Of a stretch of DNA of 64,000 nt, positions 24,874-38,073 are shown in pieces. The stretch comes from Octopus sinensis. Lineage: Eukaryota. The DNA lies in contig NC_043001.1 in NCBI RefSeq assembly GCF_006345805.1, positions 111,352,001 through 111,416,000 of the forward strand. The letters are read 5' to 3'. The notes under the pieces were generated by a model. The model did no database searches. It was not told where the DNA came from and was given only the letters and a program-made list of their open reading frames with translations. A program made the position numbers and the translations under genes. Within the stretch, counting starts at the first letter, position 1; the number at the start of each line of letters is the position of its first letter.

Positions 24874-25303
24874 AGCATGTGTGTGCGAGCCTGCGTGCGT
24901 GTAATATATATATAAAGACACGCACCCCCACACACACATATATATATATATATATAATTATTTAATATAATATTGTAATATTGATTTTGCAGTTATGATG
25001 CATTACGAATAATAACTTCTCATACGATCGAGATTCTCTATTTGTTTTTTGTTTTGTTTTCGTTTGTTTGTTGTTTTTTGTTGCTGTTTTTTTTCTAGCT
25101 TTGAGCTACATAAGTGTTTTCTGTTTTCTTTGTGTGTATTTCGATATCTGGCGCATATAATTAATTATGTGACGAACATCCATTGACAACTTTTACGTCA
25201 CCAACTGTGAAACGTAAATTAAATATGGATGCAATGTTAAAAACAATAAACAATTCAGTACTTTTTATTATCTTTGACGTTTGTATCGGAGCGCGATACG
25301 AAC

Positions 25304-25371
25304 ATACCTACTGGGGCAACATACAAACTAGGGCAACGTACCAATTGGGGTAACATACCAGCTGGGGCAAC
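25304..25371. repeat. 4 x 17-bp minisatellite preceded by a 10-bp hairpin
   Basis: ATACCTACTGGGGCAAC / ATACAAACTAGGGCAAC / GTACCAATTGGGGTAAC / ATACCAGCTGGGGCAAC; hairpin at 25279-25303. Confidence 0.85.
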
Positions 25372-25394
25372 ACCATTTGTTTTCTTATGATTTA

Positions 25395-25790
25395 TCTTTT
25401 GACTCATTTAATCATTATAATGCGGCCATAGAGGAACTATACCTTGAAACTTTTTACTCGATTTAACCAAACCCTTGTACTTATTTTTTGTAAGGCCTGG
25501 TACTTTATTTTATTTGTTCGCTTTTGACGAGCCACTAATTTACTGGAAAAAAGCATATCAACGTCGGTTTTCCAGAGGTGGTGGGACACAAACATAGACA
25601 CAGGACAGACACACATATATACATATATTTACGACGGGCTTCTTTCTGTTTCCGTTTACCAAATCCATTCGCTAGGCTTTCATTGCTCCGAGGTTATAAT
25701 AGAAAATACTTTCCCGCTGTACCAAGCAGTGGAACTAAACCTTGAAACACGTGGTTGATAAACATGCTTCTTACCACACAGCCACACCAG
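25395..25790 (-). mobile_element. Old, diverged family A SINE
   Basis: ACGACGGGCTTCTTTC..ACCAAATCCA..CTTACCACACAGCCA motifs. Confidence 0.7.
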
Positions 25791-26297
25791 TTATATTTCT
25801 TTTTACATTCAGGTTTGATCTTTGAAAATGTCTTCTTAATGCGATTATCAAATCGAAGTGTAGTGCAACAGGACCGAACGTTAAATCGACTGGCAAAATA
25901 ACTGACGCAATTTTTCAGGGGTGGTATATTCTGAGTTTAAATCGTGCCGATTCAGCTTTGTTTTATGATACGAAGTTTGGTAAAATACAGTACTAGTCGA
26001 ATTCTGCAGTTAATATAATTGGCTGCCATCCCTCCAACCACATTTCAGGCCTTTGTGTTATGTTAGAGACAGCTATGATATACGGTGAAAATATTCCAAC
26101 GAACCTGTTTTATTGAGTTTCTTCGGTAATAAAGAATGCAGTGTCCATGACCCGTCATGTACCCCGCAACACTGGTCCGAGTGAATAGAAATGATACCTA
26201 CAAATCATACATCTGAATATTTGCATCAAAGTGGACTCTGCTAAAGTTATTCAATCTTTCGGGTACGACGGATTCGGGTTACTGTCCAAGGAACGTA

Positions 26298-27576
26298 TGA
26301 TGTTCTGCTGAAAAGTTCATAGGCTGATCAAGACAGTCACACGGAATGTGACGAATTGAGGTATATTTTTCAACATAGTCCACCTTGCTGTCCACGCAGT
26401 TTTTCCATCGGTGGTACAGTGCTTGGAGCCCATTAGGGAAGAAACCTTCATCATGTTGATTAAAAAATAATCAACGGCAAGCATAGCATTATCGTCACCG
26501 TGCTACTGGTTCTCAGCCAACTGTTTTATTTTTCATATTGGGGAACAATTAATAGTCAGATGAGGCCACATCAAAAGAATAGGAAGGCTGAGCAGCCAGT
26601 TTAAAGCCACAGTCACGTACAGTAGCCATTTAGACGGAAGCTTTGTGTGCTGGAGCATTGGACTGATGAAACGACACTTTTCATCAGCTTTCATGGGTAT
26701 TTGGTCTTTCGTAACTGCTTAAGCAAGTTGACATAATACTCTCCATTGATGGTGCATTCCTTCTGAATATAGTCAATAAACAATGCTTTTCAAATCCAAA
26801 AAACTGAGGCCATCACCTTCCTGCAGAAGTAACGACGTTGGCTTTCTTTGAAACAGATGAGGAAGGGTGTACCCATTATATGGATTGTCTCTTTGTTTCT
26901 GTCTGAAAGTTATAAGCCCCAAAACTCATCCTGTATTAGCAAACGTCCAAGGACACTAACTGTATCTGCCTCAAATAATGTCAGATTTTCCTGTGATGTC
27001 ATCAGCCTGGTACTCTTCTGATCAGCTGTGACAAGAAGAGGCGGCCACCGAGCGGACACCTTTGTTATGCCAAGTTCATTGTGCAGGATACTCCCAACTT
27101 TCTCACAGCATATGTTAGTAGCACTAGCTACTTGATTTATAGTCAATCGCCAGTCATCCATTACTATGTGGTGAAGATGATCCATGTTTTCCTTGGTGGT
27201 GCCAGTAGCAGGACGATCAGACCTTAGGTCATCTTCAAAATTCACAATTCCCCTCTTAAATTCAGCTGCCCAACTTTGCACTGTTGATACAGCTGGAGCG
27301 TCATCCCCTTATATAATAACCATCATGTCAGTATAAATATCGCTGGGGACTATTCTGCAGGTACTTGGTAACACCACGATACCAAATTTTATCCATTTTG
27401 AAGAGAAGCCGCTTCTAGTTATATTTGAAGTCTTCTTTGAACAATCAGATATCCGTTTAGGTGGAAGGAAACAACGCAGTTATTAATAAGAAGGGCTGAA
27501 ATTAATGCATGCAAATTTTCACAGCTCTAGCATCTCTCGTTCACAGTCAGGCTAGGGTTTCTTCAGCCCACCCTCG
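26298..27576 (-). mobile_element. Full-length (~1.28 kb) mariner transposon with pseudogenised transposase
   Basis: Imperfect ~30-bp TIRs flanked by TA (26296-26297, 27577-27578). ATG at 27396 gives MDKIWYRG..; KVSARWPP (WVP motif), HQSNAPAH, QPSYSFDVASSDY*LFP (YSPDL motif), DYVEK; multiple stops and frameshifts. Confidence 0.9.
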
Positions 27577-28261
27577 TAGGATGAGAATTGAACTAGAAAC
27601 GCAAAGACCTGGCGTGGAAAGGTATTTTTTATAAATTCATAAAAGGCAAGGATCGCCACGGCGGAGTTTTGAACTCATTTCACAGAAATAAATTGAAAGA
27701 TTGTGTCTAACGCTCTAGTGATTCTACCAGTCCGAGTTTAGTGATAATGCTCTCAAGACTCAACATCAAATCATCCTTTTGTATGGCCAAAACCATCCTT
27801 TGTATGGCCAAAACGCCGTCATCTAATATGTTCTTCCTTTTTAAGAGAGTGGGAAGATGGCATTAGGAAGACTAGTTGTTGTTTCTAGCATGTTAAACGA
27901 ACACAAAGTGATTCCTTATATATGTTTACTAGAGATGTTTTACATTTCATTTCTTTTTTCCCTCGTTTAATGATCTTGAGGACTGTATTATGTCGTCGTA
28001 GCTTGTTGTTTGTATATTTTTATAGATATCTAAGAATGATATATTTAATTGATGTTAAATATTTATCTGATGTATTTGTTATTTTCTTTCATTTCTTTTT
28101 AATTCAGCTTTGCCACAACGATTTCGTTCTGCTGTTATTTGGGGAATATAAATGAATGTATATATATGGAAATATTATTTTACACTGTTCTTGTAGCCAT
28201 GGTTACTTGTACTTTTAACTATTGCAGTATCACTTGTTTGCCATTCCTCGATATACATATG

Positions 28262-28303
<42 letters not shown>

Positions 28304-28337
28304 TATATCTATATATCTATATATATCTATCTATCTA

Positions 28338-28395
<58 letters not shown>

Positions 28396-28419
28396 AATAT
28401 ATACATATCCATATATATC

Positions 28420-28804
28420 TGACAGAAACGAATTATATCCGTTCCATTTACATTTTGCTAATTTGGCCTTAAAGAAGATTCTCTGTTAAATGCATTTGTC
28501 CTCCCCAATACGGATATTATTAGAGTTGTCGTATATATTCTATCTAGATGTTTAACGCGCCACAATCAATATGAAAGATGCTTCCGTACACCGTATACCA
28601 ACGTTTGCGACTGGTTCTTACTTAAGTGTGTCAAAAATGATTTGAAATTAGGAACTTGCCGTATTATTGTTACTGGTTGCATAAGTTTGAAGATAACTGA
28701 GTAAATACGAAACAACAAAGCAGAAATAAGGATAAACCAAGTGACAAGTGAGTATAATACGCCAGGGATTTTTAGGGGGCTGTACCTCTGAAAAACCTAA
28801 ACCT

Positions 28805-28849
<45 letters not shown>

Positions 28850-28980
28850 TTTTTGTGTGTTCTTTTGGATTGCTCCTTGTATGGACGATTACGACTTCCT
28901 GTGGCTGACTTTAACAGAGAATCTTCTTTAAGGCCAAATTAGCAAAATGTAAATGGAACGGATATAGTTCGTTTCTGCCA
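28420..28980. repeat. ~70-bp near-perfect inverted repeat (28420-28490 / 28910-28980)
   Basis: CAGAAACGAATTATATCCGTTCCATTTACATTTTGCTAATTTGGCCTTAAAGAAGATTCTCTGTTAAA and its reverse complement with about 2 mismatches. Confidence 0.9.
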
Positions 28981-29299
28981 GTCTTCATCAATGTATTTTT
29001 ACCATATATCGAAACACCAATATCGAAGAATAACTTACACCAGGGAGCTATGTGCGTTGTGAACACATTGCCGTTGTAGAAAAGAAGTTATTCTCTCGTG
29101 ACGTACACAACAGCGACTAACATATTTTGTGCTCGAATCTGTCTGAACGTATGAAGAATAAATATGCAAATCAATTTTCTTGGATCCCATTGCATAGAGA
29201 GCAATTAGCGGCATTTATATTTAACTCACTTGGCAAGACAAAAAATGAAAACAGGATGAAATCAAGGAAAGATGAACTCGCCATACAGTCAACTAATTA

Positions 29300-29801
29300 C
29301 CGTAAATCCTTGAGTATAGTCCGCCCTTGAGTATAATACGCAAGCGATTTTTAGGGGGCTGTACCTCTGAAAAACTTAAACCTTGTGTATAATACGCACC
29401 TCTTTTTTAACTTGAGTCAAGAAGGTCTATATAACATCCTTGCTTTGTAAAAATTTATACGGTAACGTCCATTATTATTATAATTGTATATATAACATAA
29501 TGCAAACGTAGCTTTTTTGTGCATTTTGTTTGCAGAAAATAAAGAAATAACAGTAATAACGTTTAATAAACGTTGCTTACTGCAAGTTATGGATGATTCT
29601 TTTATGACTTCATTGCTTTCAGGCTTAGCTTAAGGTATTTTTGCGCCCGGCATCACAAAATGCGTCTGAATAAACATTGCCGGACAGCAAATAGAGACTC
29701 GGATATTGCTTAGAAGATATTTTTCATTTTTAACCTCGTATATAGTACGCATTAGGGATTTTGACCTTTAAATTTTGGGAAAAATACTCGAGGATTTACG
29801 G
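29300..29801. mobile_element. pogo/Tigger-like MITE (502 bp)
   Basis: TA-CCGTAAATCCTTGAGTAT ... ATACTCGAGGATTTACGG-TA (17/18 TIR match, TA target duplication); no ORF. Confidence 0.85.
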
Positions 29802-30109
29802 TATTTACACAGCGGATTCATTTATGGTAATATCAGATATACCTGTATAAATGTAAATGACCGAGTCATTAACTGTTAAGTGTTATGACCACAGATTGAG
29901 CTTACAGTGCTTCTGTAAAATGTTGACGTTATTTATCTCAGGGGTGTGATGAAAAGAATACTGCCATCGCCATCCTCTTTTGGGAGTATAAAGAACAACG
30001 TTGTATAATGTGTCATTTCCTTAAGTTAGCAACGTGTGATTTGAGGCAATCAGTTGCCTGCTCTCTCAGCTTGATCTAGCTGTTGGTGTTGTTTTTGCTG
30101 TTGCTGTTG

Positions 30110-30460
30110 CGCGAAGCGGTCTTCGTCCTAGCGGTCGCAGTGGGAGAAGTCCGAATCGTGGCCCTTTGCTATTCGTAAGACCCGTAGAAGAGAAAGCAGG
30201 TCAACCCCCGACACCGAGAGCATCGACGGATGGATGAATGCGCATCCAAGCTCAGCAGTTGCGTAGGAGTCGGGGACAAGAAACAGGAAGAAAGAGTAAG
30301 AGAAAGTTGGGGCGAAAGAGTACAACAGGGGTCGCCACCACCTCCTGCCGGAGCTTCGTGGAGCTTTAGGTGTTTTCGCTCAATAAACACACACAACGCC
30401 CGGTCTGGGAATGGAAACCACGATCCTCCAACCGCGAGTCCGCTGCCCTAACCAGTGGGA
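30110..30460 (-). mobile_element. SINE, head B plus tail Z
   Basis: Shares AAGAAACAGGAAGAAAGAG..CCGCGAGTCCGCTGCCCTAACC with 5398-5677 but has an unrelated distal segment. Confidence 0.8.
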
Positions 30461-31206
30461 GCTGTTGGTGTTGCCACCAACGCGAACTGTTGACTTGACT
30501 ATTAGCAATTGAGTACCCGAGCTAATGCACTACCTGCATTCACTAACTAAATAATTATGTTAGAACCAATGTAGCGTTGTATGTAGGTTTCCTCAGACTA
30601 GATTGAGTTAGTGAAATATAGTGAAGAATGGTAATCTGATTCCATCACAGATTCAGATAGCTATTATTTATACGCTTTACACTGTCTATGACATATGTCA
30701 CGGAAATATCAAGATTTATTGTACTGGCTATGAAATTCATTTAGTTTATTGCAATGAAGCATTAAACCATCACTTCTGTATTGGCTAGAAGTGCTTCACT
30801 TAGAAATCCGGTCAATAAACATGTAGAAATATTATTGTGTATCCTGTACAGGGATTTAACTGGATAAAACTTTCCCTCGTGATTGGACCGCTTTTATATA
30901 TCTTATAATATTTTATTGTAAAGTGACGTATATTTTCATACAGAGAATACTGATAAATTGAGACGATACTGTATTCACACACGACATATCTCTGATGCAT
31001 GTTACGTCTGGAGCACTCTATTTTATTAATAAGTACTTCGATTCAAATTCCTGTAGACTCGGTTCGAGCTCGCTAAATGTTCGGTTTTCTCCATTAACAT
31101 CTCGTTAGCCCGATCCTTGTTAGTGAAATTGTGTTGAAGTGCGGATATGGAAATTATGGAAATCATGCGAGAGCCGTTCAATAAAATGCACTAGTAATTT
31201 AAAATG

Positions 31207-31543
31207 CTGAGACCCCCTTCGGTCATGACTGATCGTGGGATTGCACCTAGAAAGTTACCCTCCCAGACACAAGTCCGAGCAAGGTTATTTATGGAAGACC
31301 AGCTGTCGCCCATGCATACCGACCTCCCCTCACCACGCCACCAGTGTTATCCAAGGGAAAGGCAAAGGCCGATACAGCTTGGCACCTGTGACGTCACAAC
31401 TCAATTCTACAGCTGAGTGAACTGGAGCAACGTGAAATAAAGTGTCTTGCTCAAGAACACAACACGCAGCCTGGTCCGGGATTCGAACTCACAACCTCAT
31501 GATCATAAGCTCAACGCTCTAACCACCGAGCCATGCGCCTTCA
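31207..31543 (-). mobile_element. SINE, head C plus tail W
   Basis: Minus strand GAAGGCGCATGGCTCGGTGGTTAGAGCG..GAGTTCGAATCCC (A/B boxes), TTCTTGAGCAAGACAC core, distinct tail. Confidence 0.85.
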
Positions 31544-31618
31544 CACTGGTAATTTAAAAGAACCAGAATTGAGACTAATAATGCAGATACCGAAATTTCT
31601 GCAACCCACGCATTTAAT

Positions 31619-31630
31619 AATGATGTTGCA

Positions 31631-31676
<46 letters not shown>

Positions 31677-31710
31677 AAAATGATGGTGATCATGATGATG
31701 ATCATGATGA
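31619..31710. repeat. (ATG)n microsatellite
   Basis: Directly visible; source of the poly-Met ORF. Confidence 0.95.
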
Positions 31711-32029
31711 TATTTTTGCCATATTTACAACTATGTGTTATTCTGAAAATCGAAACTACTGCCATATCTCGCACGAAATTTCAAGAGTAAACACCAGCTC
31801 GATCTAAATGCAACATTAAACAATAATACACAAGCTAACTGCAATTATATATATTATCAAAGTAAAATAAATATCAAAAATCAATAAAGAACACTAAAAT
31901 GAAGGAATACATAGAGAAAATTCAAATAAAGAACACAAGAGAATAAACCATCAAAATAGAATGGCGAAACCATATTTTTGACAGATTTCAATACAATGAA
32001 AAATGCGTGCAAAATTATTGAAATTTATA

Positions 32030-32470
32030 TTGTTATCCTCTTTGTACAAGTATACTGCATTCGCTCACGATGTGGATAATGTTTTCAGGTTTAACACCAT
32101 GTCTACCTAAGTGTGACTCGAAGTCCTATTGACTTGATATTCCATATATCTTCTAAAAGCTTCTTGTGTTGAGCCGATTAATGCTTCACCTCCATCTTCT
32201 AATTCTTACTTTCGCATCCACTGTCATCTAACTAACAAATCCATTCAGTTACTCATAATTCTGCCATACCACCTATTTCTTGTTTTTCTATTATCTCTCT
32301 ATTTTTCTCTATTAATAGTTCCTTATAACCCTGCATATCAATGCAGTCTTCATTCTTCTTGACATTAAAGACACATTAACAATAAACAGTACTGAACTGT
32401 TAGTTACATACAATCCCATCACACTGTTTTCATCCCACAATCACCCTGAGCACTTAAAACCTATCAATGT
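32030..32470 (-). mobile_element. Old R4/Dong-like LINE fragment
   Basis: Minus strand WMRK*ELEDGGEALIGSTQE..ENIIHIVSECSILVQR matches decayed ETE.LI.AAQ and E...HI.S.C motifs of RLE-type LINEs. Confidence 0.55.
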
Positions 32471-32999
32471 TACTTATTGGTTGTGACAACCCATGAATTC
32501 AACAAGTTTCCTATCTTTCAGTTTAACTTCAGACTCCGTTCTATATTACTTTTAATGACAGTCCTATAATTTTTTCTTAATATATTCTTGTTTCTTCTAT
32601 TGACTTTCGACTTCAAGATCAATTTTAAGTTTTCTCGTAATATTTTTTCTAGATGAATACTTTTTATGTATTTTATTATTTTGTAGCGAGGCATTGTTAC
32701 ATAATTAGATGAAAACCATTTTATCATATTTTTATTAAAAAGTATGCTGCATCTCATCCTGAATGAAATTTCTGTTATTATTGATTAGCGGGCCCATTGG
32801 AAATTTTAACGGAAAGAAAAAGATTAAGAGGAACTATTTAAGAAAGAAAGGGCGATTTACATTTTTATTTCGTATAAATATTATTTTTGTCTTTGCAATA
32901 AATGATACAAAAATATACATTAACAATCTATGCAATACGTAATACAAATATCATTCGTAAATATGTAATACCCTTTAAGCTGTAAGATCAATATAGCTT

Positions 33000-33625
33000 T
33001 TCTTTTTTTAAAGCATTCGCTTGTTACAAGGTCTTTAGAGCACTGAATACGTAAGAGATACTAGAAGAAAAAAGGAAGATAGACAGAAGTCAATCGGTGA
33101 GGACGTATATTTGACTTAAATGACTGGAGATCATATTGAAGAGAACGACAAGACTCTGGAAGGGAAATCCAAAATTCAGAGGTGCGAGGGAAGAAACTGG
33201 TACTCTAAAGTACTTTACGACACTCAGGAGGTAGCTCAGTACATTGTTGAGAACTTGATGCAAGACTAGTTGCTCGCTGATAAGTTGTTTTTTTTTAAGG
33301 AGGAAAAAGAGAAGAGAGCTCGGCTGAACAAAGTCCATGAAAATAGTTGTAGAAAAGAGACAAAGAAGCCACACGACGATGATGAGTGAATGAATTCAGT
33401 TTAGAGAAGATAGATCAGGACCAATAGCTTTACGAATACGGCGTTGAATGCGGTCCAACAGAGTTAAACAATCCATAGGAACACCTGCCCATATGTTGTA
33501 ACAGTGCTCAATGGACGGGCGAATGGTGGACCTATAAACATAAAGAATAGTCTCGGGAGTGAGATAACCCATCGAACGAAGGAGTGAGCCTACGTTCATT
33601 GCAGCCGATTTGGCAAATATAATAG
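33000..33625 (-). mobile_element. L2/Jockey-group LINE 3' fragment
   Basis: YLTPETILYVYRSTIRPSIEHCYNIWAG..LLDRIQRR..RRVASLSLFY..GLCSAEL: RT C-terminal region followed by an A-rich end. Confidence 0.75.
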
Positions 33626-33838
33626 CATATTTCTTATTACGCAATATTACTTTATATTTTGTAAAATTAATGTAGACAAAACGACATAGAGAATATAGAC
33701 AATGCTATTATTTTCATATTTTTTTTCAATTCCATTACAATTTTTAAAAAGTAGCATCCACGTGTTTTGCAAAGTAATTTCACTTCCAGTTACATTAATA
33801 TACTATGTAACTTTAAAATTTTCCTCTGCTAAACAATC

Positions 33839-33904
<66 letters not shown>

Positions 33905-33999
33905 TTCTCTCCCTCTCTCATCTCTCTCTCTTTCTCTCTCTCTCACTCTCTTTCGTTCTACTTCTTAAACAAACATCTTAATGTAAATTATTTACATTA

Positions 34000-34155
34000 G
34001 TTACATTTGACGGATATTTGTCCTCATCTTGTTTGTTGTTAACATAACTTTTCGGCTGATATACCCTCCAGCCTACTTCAGGTGTCTTGGGGAAATTTCG
34101 AACCTAGGTTCTCATTCCTAAGGTATTCTTCGATGTTATTGTTGTTGTTGTTGTT
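34000..34155 (-). mobile_element. PLE terminal repeat with degenerate hammerhead (34041-34086)
   Basis: Minus strand ACAC-CTGAAGTA-GGCTG..CAGCC-GAAAAGTTATGT; helix II GGCTG/CAGCC intact, core mutated. Confidence 0.5.
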
Positions 34156-34288
34156 CAGGTCACTGCTTGGAATTCTCAGCCCAGAATACTGGGCTTAGAA
34201 AGAATAATCCCTGTGCTTGATTTGTTCGACTAAAGGCGATATTCCAGCATCGCTGCAGTCAAATGACTGAAACGATTAAAAATTAAAG

Positions 34289-34342
<54 letters not shown>

Positions 34343-34921
34343 GAACGGTTTTCTCAGTTTCCGTCTCCCAAATCCACTCACAAGGAATTGGTCGACACTA
34401 GGCTATAACAGAAGACATTTAACCAAGGTGCCACGCAGTAGGTATTGAACCTGAACATACGCGGCAGAGAAACAAGATCCTTAACACACATCTTCGCCAA
34501 CACATAATAAAAAAGTATGAAAACATAATGACAATAGAATCAGTTTAGTGAAACCTCAGGGCAAGATCTGACAAGATCGATAAGGATTAAAAGTAGCGAC
34601 GATGTAAGATCAATAACTATGCATTAAGAATGCCATCTACCCACGCTCTAAAGGGTCGAAGATAATCAATTTTGATTGCCCCGCTTTTAAAACGATATTA
34701 AGAAGACAACCCGAGTAGCAATACTATAAGTGACTAGATTTGCGAGGCAACTGAATAAATCTAGGTTTGATTGGTTAAGACGTAAATAATTTTTTTGCAA
34801 AAAGGTCATCAACTTGCAAATCGAGATATTATTGAAAGAGAAAAAATTACAAAATGAAGATACTGAATGATTACTGAAATATTCAAAAGTAAACCCGAAT
34901 CTCTTATGTAATGAAGATGAC

Positions 34922-35012
<91 letters not shown>

Positions 35013-35070
35013 GAGAGATATAGATATATACATATATATATGCATAAATATGTGTGTGTGAGAGAGAGAG

Positions 35071-35118
<48 letters not shown>

Positions 35119-35134
35119 TAGATAGATAGATAGA

Positions 35135-35197
<63 letters not shown>

Positions 35198-35267
35198 TAG
35201 ATATATACATATACATATATGTGTGTGTGACAGAGAGAGAGTATGTATATATATATATATATAATAT

Positions 35268-35338
<71 letters not shown>
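34922..35338. repeat. Compound (AGAT)n/(TA)n microsatellite with an internally duplicated block
   Basis: Three (AGAT)n runs separated by two similar ATATGTGTGTGTGA..GAGAGAGTATG(TA)n blocks. Confidence 0.9.
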
Positions 35339-35339
<1 letters not shown>

Positions 35340-35497
35340 ATTAGAGAACACCACCTTTTATCAATTCAAAATAAACAATTAAATTACACCATCTAGAAAA
35401 TTACATACAATAGAAATATTAAAAATAAAATAACAATAATATACCGATGATTAAGTAAATTGCAAAATAATAATAAAAACGTATATATTTGGTAGAA

Positions 35498-35604
35498 TAA
35501 CGACACGTGTTTCGTGGCTATATTTAAGAAATGATTATAGTAAAAAAAAAAAAAATAATAATTGTAATATCACTTCGATATAAATATAGTCACTCATCAG
35601 GCTA
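35498..35604 (-). ncRNA. Hammerhead ribozyme, intact core, extended helix II
   Basis: Minus strand TAGC-CTGATGA-GTGACTATATTTA...TAAATATAGCCAC-GAAA-CACGTG-TC-GTTA: perfect CUGAUGA/GAAA/GUC, 12/13-bp helix II, palindromic ACACGTGT helix III, 4-bp helix I. Confidence 0.8.
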
Positions 35605-35650
35605 AAAATAAACTAGAATAATACAATAATTAATACTGCAAGAAGAGTGA

Positions 35651-35682
<32 letters not shown>

Positions 35683-35969
35683 TATATATATGCTGGCAGG
35701 GAGGTAACTACCCCACAACCGTGTCGACGGTTAACCAGACTAGTCATAGATTCGTCTGTTCCTTTGACATTGTCAGTGGTGACTAATCGAAAGGATCATT
35801 GGACCCAAAATTATGCCGCTGAGAACCAAACTTTTCCCCACACAAACATCTATGTACATAAATAGCAATCAAGATAGATTGTTCTCTCCCTCTCTATCTC
35901 TCTCTCTAACACGTCTTTTTCTCTCTCTCTTTCTCTCGATATATATACATAAATACATATATATTCTAT

Positions 35970-36463
35970 TTTTTTACTTGTTTCAGTCCTTTGACTGCGG
36001 CCATGCTGGAGCACCGCCTTTAGTCGGAGCCGGCCCCAGAACTTATTCTTTGTAAGCCTAGTACTTATTCTATCGTTTCTTTTTCTGAACCGCTAAGCTG
36101 CGGGGATGTAAATACACCAATATCAGTTGTCAAGCGATGGTGAGGTAACAAACACGAACACGACAGGCATATACCAAATCCACTCACAAGACTTTGGTCG
36201 GCGCAAGGCTATAGTAGGAGACACTAGCTGAAGGTGCCAACCCGGAACCACGCACCCACGCCTGCGCCTATAATATGTATATATATATATATATATAATA
36301 CGACGGGCTTCTTCCAGTTTCCGTTTACCAAATCCACTCACAAGGCTTTGGTCCACCCGAAGCTATTGCAGAAGACACTTACCCAATGTGCTACGGAGTG
36401 GGAATGAACCCGGGACCATGTGGTTGGTAAGCAAACTATTTACCACACAGCCTCGCCTGCGCC
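35970..36463 (-). mobile_element. Composite, rearranged family A SINEs
   Basis: Tail and deleted head at 35970-36269, then a second head at 36300-36463. Confidence 0.8.
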
Positions 36464-37248
36464 TATGTATATATATATGTGTGTGTATATATACATATAT
36501 ATATATGTATGTATGTAGTATGTATGTATGTAAATTTGTATACACTCTTACCTATACACACACTTGCGCGCACACTTTCTCTCACTCTTTCTCTCCCTCC
36601 CTCTTCCTCTCTCTCCATCTCTCTCCCTCTCTTCCCCCTTCTCTCTCGCACACACACATACAAAGCAGTCCAACAAGTAGGCCAGTTTGTCAAACGATAT
36701 TAGATTGTGATAATAATGGAAATATCAATAATACTGCCCCATAAAATGGAAGATATTCGAAATCAGTCTCATCTCAGTGTTATCTGACTGAATTTCAAGG
36801 AGAATCCTTTATCGCGGTTGCTTTTATTCTTGTTCTGATTTTTGAAATAGATTCGCTGAATAAAAGTAATAAGATTTTCGATCGTTTCGGACAAACTATA
36901 ATTCATAAAATCTATAATGATCTTCTAAATGTATGTCGAGAAACGTAAATCTAGATAGTGAGGTCACTGAAATTTACGCGCACGAATAACGAAATATATG
37001 GCTTTTTTTTATATATATATTATTGAACGACATGAGTAAACTGCATACCAACATTTTGATCGCATTACTTGACTGGAAAACTTAGAAAAAAGTTGTCCAA
37101 AGAGAAACAACCATGTAGTATTCTCACGTATCATCCTCCACACCAACTGAAAATGAAGGAAAAGAGTCAAAGATATGAAAGTAAAATCTTCTTTGTACTA
37201 TATCAGACTACCGAATACTTTCCGCTTTATCATCATCATCATCATCAA

Positions 37249-37316
<68 letters not shown>

Positions 37317-37340
37317 TATTATTATTATTATTATTATATT

Positions 37341-37964
37341 CAGTAGTTTTATTTTTATATCGTGCTTTCACTTCACTACCGAGCGCAGCTCTGTGTGCCT
37401 TGGGTATGTGTTGTGGTTTGTTGTGATGCTCTGATGGTTATTGTATGGAAGGTGTTCTGCGTAGGATGTGTGCAGTGCCTAGTAGTGCAATTTTCTGTAT
37501 GTTATATGTGTATGTAAGTCTTGGTGTTTTTGTTATGTATTTGTCTGAATATTTTTTTATCATGCCTAATGCACCTACTATGATAGGAATTGTTTCTGTT
37601 TTCAGATTCCACATTCTGGTTACCTCTATTTCCAGGTCTTTGTATTTTTAAAGTTTCTCCATTTCTTTTAGAGACACGTTGTCATCTGCCGGTATTGATA
37701 CATCAATTAGAAAGCATTTTTTTTCTTCATGATCTATGACAACTATATATGGCCTGTTGGCCTTAATTTCTCTATCTGTGTGTATCGGCATATCCCAGAG
37801 TATGGTTGCTTTCTCGTTTTCTGTGACCTTTTCTGGTGTGTACCTATACCATCTTTTTTCTGCTGTCATTCCATAATGTTAGCATTGCTTCCAATGTATG
37901 TAGGTTCCAAATCTGTCATGTCTGTGAATATATTTCTTCTTAGCCAGGACTGGGCAGCTAGAGA
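37341..37964 (-). mobile_element. 5'-truncated R4/Dong-clade LINE (RLE endonuclease)
   Basis: RHD, ILWDMPIHTDREIKANRP(Y)IVV..LIDVSIP..K..KYKDL..IPIIVGALG (PD-(D/E)xK) plus 3' UTR; flanked by (TAA)n. Confidence 0.9.
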
Positions 37965-38021
37965 TTATTATTATTATGATTATGATTATTATTATTATTA
38001 TTATTATGATTATTATTATTA

Positions 38022-38070
<49 letters not shown>

Positions 38071-38073
<3 letters not shown>

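Noticed and set aside
6408-25371. Short tandem arrays as CRISPR-like repeats
   Set aside because: The units are contiguous without unique spacers, the context is eukaryotic, and there are no cas genes.
31470-31543. tRNA gene-like sequences at SINE heads
   Set aside because: A/B boxes are present but run into SINE bodies and lack a proper acceptor stem; not called as tRNA genes.
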